A stretch of DNA of 62,837 nt, the filler included, from Choristocarpus tenellus KU-1152 (lineage: Eukaryota; Protista; Phaeophyceae), in NCBI GenBank assembly GCA_964200185.2. It is 14 parts of 14 records of this genome, joined end to end, with 100 filler letters (N's around TTAATTAATTAA, not from the genome) between each part and the next. Parts side by side here need not be neighbours in the genome. Positions count along the whole stretch, not along the records: positions 11,860 to 18,514 come from CAXNAD020007642.1; positions 18,615 to 24,919 come from CAXNAD020008427.1; positions 25,020 to 29,278 come from CAXNAD020015438.1; 11 more parts are not named here. The stretch is one strand, 5' to 3'. Below are positions 13,185 through 25,069 of the stretch, one piece after another. The notes below the pieces were generated by a model. The model did not search any database. It was not told the DNA's origin and saw nothing but the letters and a program-made list of their open reading frames with translations. Position numbers and translations under genes: made by a program. How positions within the stretch are numbered: the first letter of the stretch is position 1; every line of letters begins with the position of its first letter.

Positions 13185-13760
13185 TATAACAATAATAATA
13201 ATAATAGTAACAATGATAGTAATAATAATAATAGTAGTAATCATAAAAAATACTAATAGTAATAATAGTAACAATGATAATAATAATAATAGTAGTAATC
13301 ATAAAAATAATACTAAATGTAATGATAATAATATTGTTAATAATAATAATGACAACAACAATAATAATAACAATAATACTAATAGTAGTAGTAATCATAA
13401 AAATAATACTAATAATAATACCAGTAACAGTAATAACAAGAGTAACGACAACAATAATAATAACAATAATACTAATAGTAGTAGTAATCATAAAAATAAT
13501 ACTAATAATAATAACAATAATACTAATAGTAGTAGTAATCATAAAAATAATACTAATAATACTAATAATAATACCAGTAACAGTAATAACAAGAGTAACG
13601 ACAACAATAATAATAATAATAATAATACTAATAGTAGTAGTAATCTTAAAAATAATACTAATAGTAATAATAATAATACCAGTAACAGTAATAACAAGAG
13701 TAATGACAACAATAATAATAATCTTAATAATATTTATAATAATAATGAAAACAATAATAA
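13185..13760. repeat. (AAT)n-derived microsatellite with higher-order units
   Basis: AAT/AGT/AAC triplets with recurring AATCATAAAAATAATACT blocks. Confidence 0.95.
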
Positions 13761-14115
13761 TATACAAAACAAAATAATTATGACACAATAGATAAACAGA
13801 AAGCCATAGTGATAAAAACTGCAACGTAAGCCTCTGAGCTACTAACCCTAACAAAAACAAAAATAAACATTAAAAAAACATACATACACATACACATACA
13901 TACGTAATAAACATTCAAAATAATAATAATAAACATACATATAAACGCCTCCACCACGAACCAAGCAAAACCGGAATTCTACAATGAGCAAACTCAGAAA
14001 AAAAAGTCAAGGATGTCCATGAGAGGTATCATCTAACAGGGGAGGGGTGATTGACTTATAAGGACCCCTACGGCAGCCTTGTTGTACATCCATTTTGAGT
14101 GCTGCGGGACCTCAG

Positions 14116-14271
14116 GCTAACAATTGTGTTCCAAATCATTCCTAATCTTCATTTCTACAGTTGCTAACAATTGTGTTCCAAATCATTCCTAATCTTCATT
14201 TCTACAGTTGCTAACAATTGTGTTCCAAATCATTCCTAATCTTCATTTCTACAGTTATCATTCCTAATCTT
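14116..14271. repeat. 47-bp tandem repeat x3
   Basis: GCTAACAATTGTGTTCCAAATCATTCCTAATCTTCATTTCTACAGTT starting at 14116, 14163 and 14210. Confidence 0.95.
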
Positions 14272-14575
14272 GAGGGGGGTATCAAGTGCATTTCAAGATG
14301 GTGAACAATACCAAACCAAAAAAAATCAGGGTTCAAAAAGGGGGTCAAAAGATCCGTGCCTAGTTTGATGGTTTTACTAAAATAAGCGGCATGTTTTTTA
14401 TCTGTGATTCACTATGGTTGCAAAATATATATATATATATTTATTTATTTTTTCATGATATTAAATTACACGCCTTGCACTAGATTAAAGGATACCTAAT
14501 AATAATAATAATACACTGAAGTCATTAGTACATTAGTACTGGGAATATAAAGATATTAATGGAGCAAGTATGAGC

Positions 14576-14878
14576 ACATACACACATACACACATACACA
14601 CACATAATATATATACATATATACACACATACATATATATACACACACACATAATACATATATACACACATATATACACACACACTGAAATATTATATAC
14701 ATACACACATACACACATACACACACATAATACATATACATATATACACATATACATATATATACACACACACATAATACATATATACACACATATATAC
14801 ACACACACACTGAAATATTATATACATACATATATACACACACACATACACACACATACATATATACACATACATACA
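14576..14878. repeat. (CA/TA)n microsatellite with a higher-order duplication of about 120 bp
   Basis: The CTGAAATATTATATAC spacer recurs at about 14685 and 14810. Confidence 0.9.
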
Positions 14879-14890
14879 AACATACTTTAC

Positions 14891-14965
14891 CTTAACACGC
14901 TGGTCTGTTTGAGTCAACATCTCTGTCCGATACTTGCTCAGGCGTTTGAAGAAGAAAGTATTCAG
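14891..14965 (-). CDS. ABCC/MRP transporter exon
   Basis: CAG|LNTFFFKRLSKYRTEMLTQTDQRVK|GTAAAG; DxRVK motif; joins both neighbouring exons in phase 0. Confidence 0.9.
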
Positions 14966-15835
14966 CTGTGAGTAAAATTAAAAAGAAAAAAAGAAAAAAA
15001 GAAAAAAGAAAAATCACATTTCGAACTTTCAATGGGCATCACAATGATGTCGTTCAAGTAGCAATGCATGTTAGTCAAACAAAAACATCGATTCTACTCC
15101 TTTTTTTTATCTTTTTTAGGGATAGAAATTTCTCGTAATTCTTCAAAGTATACTTTGTTACTAAAATACAAACTATATGTGTATCACAGAAATTTCACAT
15201 AATTCTTTAAAGTACACTTTGTTACTAAAATATAAATTATATACATACATATCTATTTCAAATATTTCTCTTTTCAGTATCCAGTGTTCAAATATTTTTT
15301 CTTATATTGTACAGGGGCTAGGGCTTTGGGCTATGGGTAGGGTTGGATCTCCTTCAAACATCTGCATCAGGGTTCAGGTTAGGGTTAGGGTTAGGGTTAG
15401 GGTTATTTTCAAATTGAATTGACCATTCCAAAAAAAAAATTAAAAGTCACACCAGAATCACCAACCCGGCTCCCGTACCTTTCAGGAATGCCTTTGCATG
15501 CATGTGGAAACCCATGTTTTCTGTAAAAATAAAGCTGCACCTCCACAACACTCAGATAAAACTACCAGGGTTAGGACACAATACATGCACTAAGAGATTC
15601 ACCCTTTTACTTACACATGAAAAGGTATACCTTCTTTAAAAGGTTGTGTTCTCCAATACTTTTTATTGTTTGTTCAAACCAAATACTGGCATATCAAGGT
15701 GCTATGAATATCTTTACAAGGAGGCTCTTTTTTTTTGGAGGGGGGGGGGGCAGATGGGGAATTTTTCATCTTTTTTAATTTCTACATCAGAGTATACACA
15801 AATTTCTGAGATGAAAGATCTCGATAGTGGTAAAA

Positions 15836-16080
15836 TAATAAAAATAATATGGAATAAATCTAATGCTATCCACTATCACTATCACTACTATAAAATAATA
15901 TGAAGAATATGGAGTAAATCTAATGCTATCACTATCACTATCACTATCACTACTATAAAATAATAGAAAGAATATGGAATAAATCTAATGACATCACTAT
16001 CACTATCACTACTATAAAATAATATGAAGAATATGGAGTAAATCTAATGCTATCACTATCACTATCACTATCACTACTAC
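15836..16080. repeat. About 60-bp tandem repeat x4
   Basis: ATAAAATAATATGAAGAATATGGARTAAATCTAATGCTAT(CACTAT)n. Confidence 0.9.
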
Positions 16081-16324
16081 GTTACTGAATCAGTAAGAAA
16101 CATTTCTCATCCAAAAAATGATAAAAATAAAGATTAAAAAATTAGAAAAAAAAAACATTGAAACGGAAGGGGCAATAGAGAGCTCTACACAAAAAAAAAT
16201 GTATACTATCAATGGTATAGGAATAATAACTTCGTATATGACATATAATACATAACATATCTATTTTTGTTAAGGATGAGATAGAAAGAGAGGTCAAGAG
16301 CAAAATGTAAAAAAGAGAGCAAGA

Positions 16325-16596
16325 GTTGGGATTCAGGTGGGGTCAGGGAGGAGATACATGCTAGGGTTAGGGATGGAGGAGATTATAAGGATAGGGAAGG
16401 GATTAGAGTTAGGGTTAGGGAAGAGATACATGCTAGGGTTAGGGATGGACCTGATGATAAGGTTAGTGAAGGAGCACATGTTAGGGATGGGGAAGGAGTA
16501 GATGTTAGGGTTAGGGGTGGAGTTGGATTCAGCACACACAATAGGAGGGAAAATGTCGATATGGTAGTAGGTAAAGTTAGGGTTAGGGTTAGGGTC
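16325..16596 (+). repeat. Degenerate TTAGGG-derived intronic repeat
   Basis: GGGTTA/GGGATG units; similar tracts at 12310, 15375, 17220, 17680, 17873 and 36455. Confidence 0.85.
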
Positions 16597-16610
16597 CTAC
16601 TACCTCTCAC

Positions 16611-16694
16611 CGGGATGAGTGCTGTCATGACAGCGATTCCGGCCAAGACTGAGGGTCCAAGGCATGCGATCAATAGGACTGTGTAACCCATCAT
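16611..16694 (-). CDS. ABC transporter subfamily C (MRP-like), TMD1 exon
   Basis: CAG|MMGYTVLLIACLGPSVLAGIAVMTALIP|GTGAG; LGPSxLAG is typical of ABCC TMD1; phase 0. Confidence 0.9.
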
Positions 16695-16734
16695 CTGTTG
16701 ATAACAAAAAAAATAAACACGACGGAAACAAGAG

Positions 16735-17135
16735 AGAGAGAGAAGAGAAATAAAATAAATTAATATTTGACATTAGGTTAAAAAGAGAAGAGAAGAGAAA
16801 TAAAATAAATTAATATTTGACATTAAGTTAAAAAGAGAAGAGAAATAAAATAAATTAATATTTGACATTAAGTTAAAAAGAGAAGAAAGAGAAATAAAAT
16901 AAATCAATATTTGACATTAAGTTAAAAAGAGAAGAGAAGAGAAATAAAATAAATTAATATTTGACATTAAGTTAAAAAGAGAAGAGAAGAGAAAAAATAT
17001 ATATATATGTTTGACACTATGCTACAAAGAGAAGAGAAGAGAAATAAAATATGTAAGAGTTGGCATTATGTTACAAAGAGAAGAGAAGAGAAAAGAGAAA
17101 TAAATAGAATTAATATTTGACATTATGTTACAAAC
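16735..17135. repeat. About 47-50-bp tandem repeat x8
   Basis: AAAGAGAAGAGAAGAGAAATAAAATAAATTAATATTTGACATTAAGTTA. Confidence 0.92.
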
Positions 17136-17422
17136 AAAAAAAATGACAGATAATGAAGCAAAAGGCACAGGTGGGTTACCATTTGGGGACAACAGAGATA
17201 CAACAGGGTAGTATTAATATTGGGATAGGGATAGGGATAGTGATAGTGATAGGGTTAGGGATGGGGATAGGGATAGAGATAGGTTAAAGGATAGGGTTAG
17301 GGATGGGGATAGTGATAGGTTTAAGGATAGGGTTAGGAAAGGAGGTCACTCAGCCATGCAGTCTGGCAGGCACCTTATGAAAGTCAGGGTATTATCAATA
17401 TCAATTATCTCTCGACTGTGGT

Positions 17423-17657
17423 TTTATTAATATGAATGTTATTAATATGAGTATTATTAATATAAGTATTATTAATATGAGTATTATAAATATGAGTATT
17501 ATTAATATGAATGTTATTAATATGAATGTTATTAATATGAGTATTATTAATAGAAGTATTATTAATAGAAGTATTGTTAATATGAGTATTATTAATATGA
17601 GTATTGTTAATATGAATATTAATAATATGATTCATGTGAGTATTATTAATATGAGTT
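17423..17657. repeat. 15-bp minisatellite
   Basis: (TAATATGAGTATTAT)n, about 15 copies. Confidence 0.92.
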
Positions 17658-18224
17658 ACCTTGGGAAGCAGGTACAAGGGTTAGGGATAGGATAAATGAG
17701 CAAGGGATAGGGATAGAGTTGGGGCTAGGGTTAGGGCTAGGGTTACAGACTTTTGCATGGGATTGGGCGTAAGAAATTTCCAATTGAGGATGCCATTATT
17801 ATTCTGATATGCAAAGAATGAAACATATTTAAATCTCTTTATTTTTAATTTAAATTGTGAGAGAGATAGAGAGGTTAGGGTTAGGGTTAGGGTTAGGGTT
17901 AGGGTTAGCATTTCCATTATCATGTTTTATTATTTATTATTTACTATGTTTTATTATTTATTATTTACTATGCATACACGTATGTACATATTATGTATGC
18001 ATTATGTGTATATGTGTATATATGTATATGTATATGTAAAGGTATGTGCATGTGTCATTTGTCACACAAAACATGTGGTGACAGAATTGAACCAATTTCG
18101 TCTTCCTTGCATAACCATTAAAATATATATATATATATATACACACACATACACACACATATATATACATAGGGAAATACATGTCTATGTTACACATCCA
18201 TGAGGAATATATCACCATCGGTAT

Positions 18225-18362
18225 CAATAATAATAATAGTAATAATAATAATAATAACAATAATAAAACAATAATAATAGTAATAATAATAATAACAATA
18301 ACAATAACAATAATAATAACAATAACAATAATAACAATAATAAAACAACAATAATAATAATA
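18225..18362. repeat. (AAT/AAC)n microsatellite
   Basis: Direct inspection of the sequence. Confidence 0.9.
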
Positions 18363-18614
18363 AATATCTCCTCAATTCATAATAATAAATTAAATGCAAA
18401 ATCTTTTTTTTTTTCACTTGTTCCAATATATTTTTCTGTTATGGGGGTGTGTATTAATTTATTTTATTAATTTATTTTATTCATTGTGGTTGGTAACTGA
18501 CTCTAACAGGTCAGNNNNNNNNNNNNNNNNNNNNNNNNNNNNNNNNNNNNNNNNNNNNTTAATTAATTAANNNNNNNNNNNNNNNNNNNNNNNNNNNNNN
18601 NNNNNNNNNNNNNN

Positions 18615-18775
18615 GGGGGGGGGATCTACACCAGAGTGTCCATTTGGACCAAAACCAGGAAAAGTGCACTTTCATTATCCATCCAATGTATGGAACCAAA
18701 TCACCCAAAAATTGCAATATGAAAAAATTGATCAAAAGCGGACGCCGGCACCCCCCCCCACAGGTACTTTGACCC
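18615..18775 (-). mobile_element. MITE family B (contig edge)
   Basis: Reverse complement of 27045-27231, broken at the poly-G run. Confidence 0.9.
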
Positions 18776-20630
18776 TGAACACCTTCTTTGCACTCTCCGT
18801 CAGGTTTATCCCTTTTTGCAGTTGTTGATTTGGACATTATACTATCTCAGGTAAGAAGAGGTGTAAGATGCAGTAAGAGATTGAAAATTATCACACACAC
18901 ACATTCATCAAGAAATTTTATTAGAATACTGACGATATGTATCTACGATATAGTAGTGTAGGTATCACTTGGGGGGAAATATTGTAGGTGATTATTTTCT
19001 TTTCATTTCAAATTTGGAAAGTTAGTGTTCTTTGGTACTATACCATCTTCGAAGAGCACAAGAAAAATTATCCTTGGAGTTCAAGTATGATATGGTGTAA
19101 TAGATTGGTCTATAATAGGAGACAGAGGAGCGACATATAACTGTTAGTTGATGCCCATCTCTGGTCTTTGTTGAAAGGCTGTACAAAGAACACTAGTGCA
19201 ATGATATATTCAATATGGATGAGGTTGTTCACCAACTGCTTTCTCTTGGTTATGACACACGTTGTCTGGTTATGCAGATCATACAAGTAAGTTGGGTATG
19301 AGAGAGGAATTGTGTTTTTGGTGAGTTCGAAGTATTGAGAGGATTTTTTCTTCCTTATTTTTGAATTAGATGAAGACACTTCTAAAAGAGCATTGGTGAC
19401 CATGACTTGCTTCTGCAAACTGAATATACTCACAAAACAGACAAAATCCACTCCAAGTCTCTGTATTGTGTGCCCCAAAAACATGAGCCATGAGAATGCC
19501 AGCCCTTTCTCGATTGCTTTGGCACCAGTACAAATGGAGCTCCAGGCTGGGATAAATCAGAAATTTCATGGTAAAATACACCGTTTTGTGCGTTATATTC
19601 AACGGTAGTGTGATCAAGGTGTCTCTCCGTCTTGATTCTTCTGTGCTCAATTGTGTGCCTCACAAAGGCTGTGGTTAGGTGTGCATATGGATCAGGAGGG
19701 ACATCCTAAAGAATAGTATGTAGAGTTTGCTCAAACATTTTAATCCTGTTTTTTGGTTTTGTTGTATGTTTAGGTATAACGTCTAAAGACACATCACCTC
19801 CTTTTTCGAAACACTACAATCTTATTGTCAGATACTCCGGTATGTCTTTTGATCCTAAAGCACTTCATGTCAAGTAGGTTGGTATCGGCAATCTAAATTT
19901 GGAGAACATTTAAACAACATCACAGTCGGAATGGTTGTTCGAATAGTTGGGCTGTGAGGGTGCTGTTTAGGACTGATTTTTGTCCGAGGACTTCATTGTC
20001 ATTTCTGTTTTGCACAACAAGAAGAAGAGGTGCATAATTTCTTAGTCTCGAAATTTTGAAAAAAAATCCTTTTAGGTTTAGGAAGTGTTCGGCGAGTCGC
20101 ACCTTATAAATTTGTTATATTTGGGTATTGATGTTGAGCAACCGTGGAATGGGCTACACCAAGTGCATGCGCTACATTGGGATACTGTACATGTTGTCCA
20201 CGAATTAAGATCAGGGTAGTTGTGAAGGTAAGTAACTGTTGCAAAAACCCTGAAGAGGCTTTGGTCTTGACACATAATTTCAACTCCACAGATTCCGTTT
20301 GGTTTGGGAGCATGCACTCACATTTATTTGAGGACACGGTATACAAAGTATGGAAACAGCAAACATACATCTTGTTGCACAATAACTCCTGGAAATCTGT
20401 TTGTAACAAACAACAATATGTATCCGTACAATCCTATTGCTCACCACCTGCTCATTATTGGGTGCAGCGTGTGTGTATGTGAATAGGATACAAATAAGGG
20501 AGGAACAAGACACAATCGATCAAGAAAGAAAATGATGAACGGTATTGGTATGCAACACCTAAAATACATAAATCTTGAATCCATCCCCTACAATGAATGG
20601 ATCTCGACGTCGACATGATAGATGAAGCTT

Positions 20631-22303
20631 CTTCCTCCGTTCGGAATTAAATGTGACATAATTTTTGTATACCCCATAAACAAGAAACTTTTTAAATGTT
20701 GATATTTTATGTTTATTATAGACATCAAAAAAAGGTTGCCCACCAAAATGTCGACTCAAATGAGGCATCCTACAACTATCTATGATCCTGCCTCCCAAAC
20801 CCTCCAAACACTATTCCAGCACGGTATTTCGGCGCATCCATCAGGGCATCCGAGCGAAGGTTGCCTGCCTTCTCAGGATATTCGTTGCTAAGATGGGTGA
20901 TTTAGGTGTTCTCACCCTTGGACCCCAGCACTTCATTGTAGATTGCGAAGAGGCTCTGCCAGACGTGTCTAGTGTCTCCCTCTCCATTTATTTTGACCTA
21001 CACCAGCTTCTCTGTGTTGGTCATCCCCACTTCTTCCTTCAGTTGCTGGATGGAATGAAGGAATCCCAAATCGTTGGCGTTGAGGTGAGGTGAGTCGGCC
21101 GGATGGGTCTGTATGACAATGTCGTTCCCCGCTGTCTCCTTGATTAGCTCCACGATTCCCCCTTGGTGTGTGACTTTGCCCCGTCCTTATGCACGAAGAT
21201 GATATATGCTTCTGGCCTATGCATGTGCGCCTTGATTGCCTACCTCTCCCTGTCCACCGTGATTGGCACAAGCACCTTGGTTCCCCTGGGGCGGCGTTTG
21301 CTGTAGCGCTGTGCGACGTTAGTGTCCACGATTGACCAGATCCCGATCTTCCCATCGAACCACACCCTGTTGTAGAGTTTCGTAGGGCAGATTGCAGCTG
21401 CAAGGAGGATCACGTCGGTAATGTAAGCCTTATTCTGTGCCTTCAGGGGTTTGGGGGGCTTTCTCAGTGGGGTGCAGGTACATTTCTTCCTCATTTTTGA
21501 GGATGTAAAACCACTTCTCGTCCACATGCACCCAGTGATATCGATCGTCCACTAACACCCCACTTCCCCCCCTCCTGTGCCTGTGGCTGATGATATAACT
21601 CACCATCTTAATGTTGAAGGTCTGGCTTAATCCATTGGTTTACCTTCTTCGCCTTCTCACACTTGCACAGATCCCACAACGAGGCAAGGGATACACCAGC
21701 TTTTGCTGCCGATTTGCGGAAAGATGTGCGGTATACCCATTGGACATCCGAAACGTTGAAAATACTTGTACGGCGGATACATCGACCGTTGCGACGTCGT
21801 ACAAGGTCTACGCATTCACCCCATGCAATCTGGTTGTGATGACTCTTCAAACGACGGAACATGGTGATTCGGGAAATTCCGAAGTCCTCTGCGATAGCCG
21901 CCACTGTCCCCCATGTCTCGCGCAAGGCATCGTGCCACCACTCTGTTCTCCATCAGGGTGTTCGAGTCTGAACCCCGGACTGACTTCTGGGTCGAAGAAT
22001 TGGGACTGACAGGCGATTCCGGTATGAGCGAGCTGGTTGAACGACGGAGACCCTTCTTCCTAACAATCCCAATAAAAACTACTTTGATAATTTCACTAGG
22101 TTTTCGAATCCCGTCAGATCGAAGTTGGTCGACTTTGCACCGGTGATTCTCCACAGTCATGACAATCCACTACCTCAAAAATTGCATGCTTTCCAATCTC
22201 TATGAGAAGTAAGCCTTGTCAACGGGTTTATCATGTAGATCTTTCCCGGGGGAGAGCCGACTTCGCAAAAATTTATTTTACATTAAATTTTGAACGGAGG
22301 AAG
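20631..22303 (-). mobile_element. Full-length Tc1/mariner element, plant-type (DD39D-like), inactive
   Basis: Imperfect TIRs of about 37 bp starting CTTCCTCCGTTC (20631 and reverse complement ending 22303), with TA on the right flank and TT on the left; encloses a decayed transposase. Confidence 0.9.
20770..22160 (-). pseudogene. Mariner transposase pseudogene
   Basis: Motifs across frameshifts and stops: WVHVDEKWFY, FDGKIGIW, IIFVHKDGAKSH, HPADSPHLNANDLGF, YNEVLGSKGENT. Confidence 0.9.
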
Positions 22304-25019
22304 TAGTGTTCAAGTGATCTCCAATTTTTCTCCAGACTCAATGGGATCATTGAGTTTTGAAGCCCCTACTACTTCTTCACTGCCTTACCTCATTCAACAT
22401 AAATGAAGCATAAGTGGCTGTGATTTTGGCTGGTGTGGCAGCAACCAGATGCCCATTTCAAATCTCCCCCCTCTACATCACACTTATGTTGGACACTTTT
22501 TTTATATTTTTGTTAGAGAGGATAACAACGCCTGTTTGTTACACTGTTCCTCCGTTGACGCCATCAGTGCTATGATTTTTTGGTACGAAATGACTAACTT
22601 CCTTACGTACACTTATTTATTTATTTTAGTATTGTCCAAATTAAAGAAATAAATAGACCTCCACTGTCTCTTCACCCCCAAAACCTTGAGTAAGATGTTT
22701 TACTTGTTCTTTTGCTTGAAGGATTAAACCCTCTGTGTAATAAAGAGATAGCATGGGTCAATTGGCAAACAAAATAGCTTCCTTGTGGACATTTCAAAAA
22801 TGCCTGCAGAACAGAGGAGTATCTTTTGACATGGGAAAAAAATGCTGTCCTAAGTTATTTGACTTCCCCCCCTACCACCTCCTGTTGCATATACCTTTGT
22901 GGAATGATGATAGGGCGGTGACTCTCCCATCTATGTCCTTAATACTATAGAACCTGGCAGAGAGTGCAAAGAAGGTGGTCAATAGAATGGGGTGAACGCT
23001 TGGGAAGGTGAGAGCATTTAATCCCCTCCTGCAAAGATGTCAGGTGATGGGTCACTGTTGAGATTTTGACTGCTCAGCAGGCAGGCACATGTGTAATGCT
23101 GGGGGCTCAACTGTTTGGAATGCCTTACCCTATCTGTGGAAACCTGTGGACATATTTCATATTTTATGTTCTAAATCGACTGCGTGATGCAATCCACTCC
23201 ACCAAGTCAAACATCAACACCAACACCTCAAACAGTTTCAGAGTCATGAGGTGGCAATGAAGGCTTTTCATTGGACCAGGGAGTTAGAATGTCCACTGTG
23301 GGTAATATGTCTGCGATTTCCTTTGTCTAACCTATGCAAGATGCTCTTGTTGGTGTTGCTGGTAGTAGCTTCTATCTGGTGGGGGTAAAGAGTTATATAC
23401 CTGTCCTAGGATGCTCTGGAGTAGTATGTATAGATTTGTGCCCCTTCTTGGTCCAATTATGGTCCTCGGTGTTGAATCTGATCCATGAATTGTGCTATAT
23501 GTTCTTTCTGACTATTTATCTACCTCTGTGGACTTGAATGATGGATCTGGCACATGGTAGATACTAGTTCATACTTGATTTGGCTCCTCTTACCTTTCCT
23601 TTCTGACCAGTGAGGGGTTCAAGTATGCTGTATGTTGCTTCCTTCTCCTTGGCAGTATCTGTCAATTCCTTCTTTCTTTGAGACTTCACTGGAACATGGT
23701 CAGAAGTGCTGATGTATTATTATTATTATTGTTGTTATTATTTGATCACGTGGTTAGTCTGAGGTATCCCAGACCCGTGTTCGATATTTTAGTCCAAAGA
23801 AGGCAATACATACTCTTGAAAAAAGGGCAACAAGGATGTTGGTGGTGGATGAAGATTGAGAAGAGAATGGAGATCCCAGCGGGACAAGAAGGTAAGCTGG
23901 TCACCAGCTCCCGGACATGTGCCAGCACGCCACTCTTGTGTGTGATCAAGACAAGACGGCTTTGTCCAACAGTCAAGTTGTGATTTATCAATATTGTCCT
24001 ACTCAGATGATGTCAATGTGATGGAATCGTTTAGATTATGGAAAGAGTGAGGATTCTGATCCATGCCAAGGGATAACTTTTGTTCAAAACGTATATTTAC
24101 GCTGGGTGTCTCTTCTAGTTCTCGTAAGTGGGATAGATGTGGCTCAGACTACACTTCATTCACTCGACCTTGTTATTTTTTGGTGACAGGTGGCACCTAT
24201 GCAAGAGGTGGTGGTGGATCAGGGACTGGAGGAGAGAGTTGCTACCTTGTCCATGCAACTGGAGGAATAAAGGGAAAGGGCAACCGAAGTATCAGAACCT
24301 GCCTCGAGGAAGGGGATTTGGGAAGTGGCTGCGGCTGTTGGCAGGGAGAGGGCGCTTGAAGCACGAGCCAAGGTGAGTCTGATGAGGCGGAGGAGACAAG
24401 GGCAGAGGTGAGCTCCTTAGGTCGTGGTCTAGCAGGATTGACCTGATCAAACAATGCCAATATATTGAGATCTTTTACATCATCGAAAGAGAGTGGATCC
24501 GGATCCTCTTCAAGGATATCTTCCCTTGAGAAATCATGTACACCGGGGGTCTTCTGACTCCTTGGAAGTGTGACAAGTGTGGTTTGGACTACACTCAACA
24601 CTCAACACTCAAGGTGACTACCTTGTCCAACCAACTCTAATGGAGAGGGAAGGGGCAACTCAAGCATCAGGGACTGCCTTGAGGAAGTACCTGTGAGAGG
24701 CAGCCGCAGCTGTTGGCAGGGAGAAGGTGCTTCTAGCAGAGGTGAAAGCGAAGTGTGAGGAGGTGGAGCAGGCAAGGGCAGAGGTGACCTCCCTGTTAGA
24801 GCAGCTTGAGGCCGAAAGAGGAGTAACCAAAGCTTCTTTGGTTTCAGCAATGACGAGGGAGACACGTGAGGGGGCTGCCCAGGCTGGATGGCGCCCTTGC
24901 CCATCGAGTGAGAGCAGCCNNNNNNNNNNNNNNNNNNNNNNNNNNNNNNNNNNNNNNNNNNNNTTAATTAATTAANNNNNNNNNNNNNNNNNNNNNNNNN
25001 NNNNNNNNNNNNNNNNNNN

Positions 25020-25069
25020 GATTTGAGTTGTACATCCTGGAAGGTGAGCATTGAGGGGCGCCTGTAACA
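25020..25069. mobile_element. End of a second copy of the same LTR
   Basis: TTGTACATCCTG..GGTGAGC..GAGGGGCGCCTGTAACA matches 29895-29949; similarity stops at CA. Confidence 0.85.

Noticed and set aside
13141-13860. Long Ile-rich and Asn-rich ORFs on both strands
   Set aside because: Translation of an intronic (AAT)n microsatellite. The same applies to the ORFs at 14533-14971, 17405-17695 and 17857-18426.
14116-14271. 47-bp repeats as a CRISPR-like array
   Set aside because: Head-to-tail tandem copies with no unique spacers, no cas genes, and located in a eukaryotic intron.
17873-17907. (TTAGGG)n as a true telomere
   Set aside because: Only about 6 units, internal to the contig.
22900-24200. 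Possible LINE endonuclease/RT remnant on the minus strand (KAFQTV-like segment)
   Set aside because: Only one weak motif; too decayed to call.
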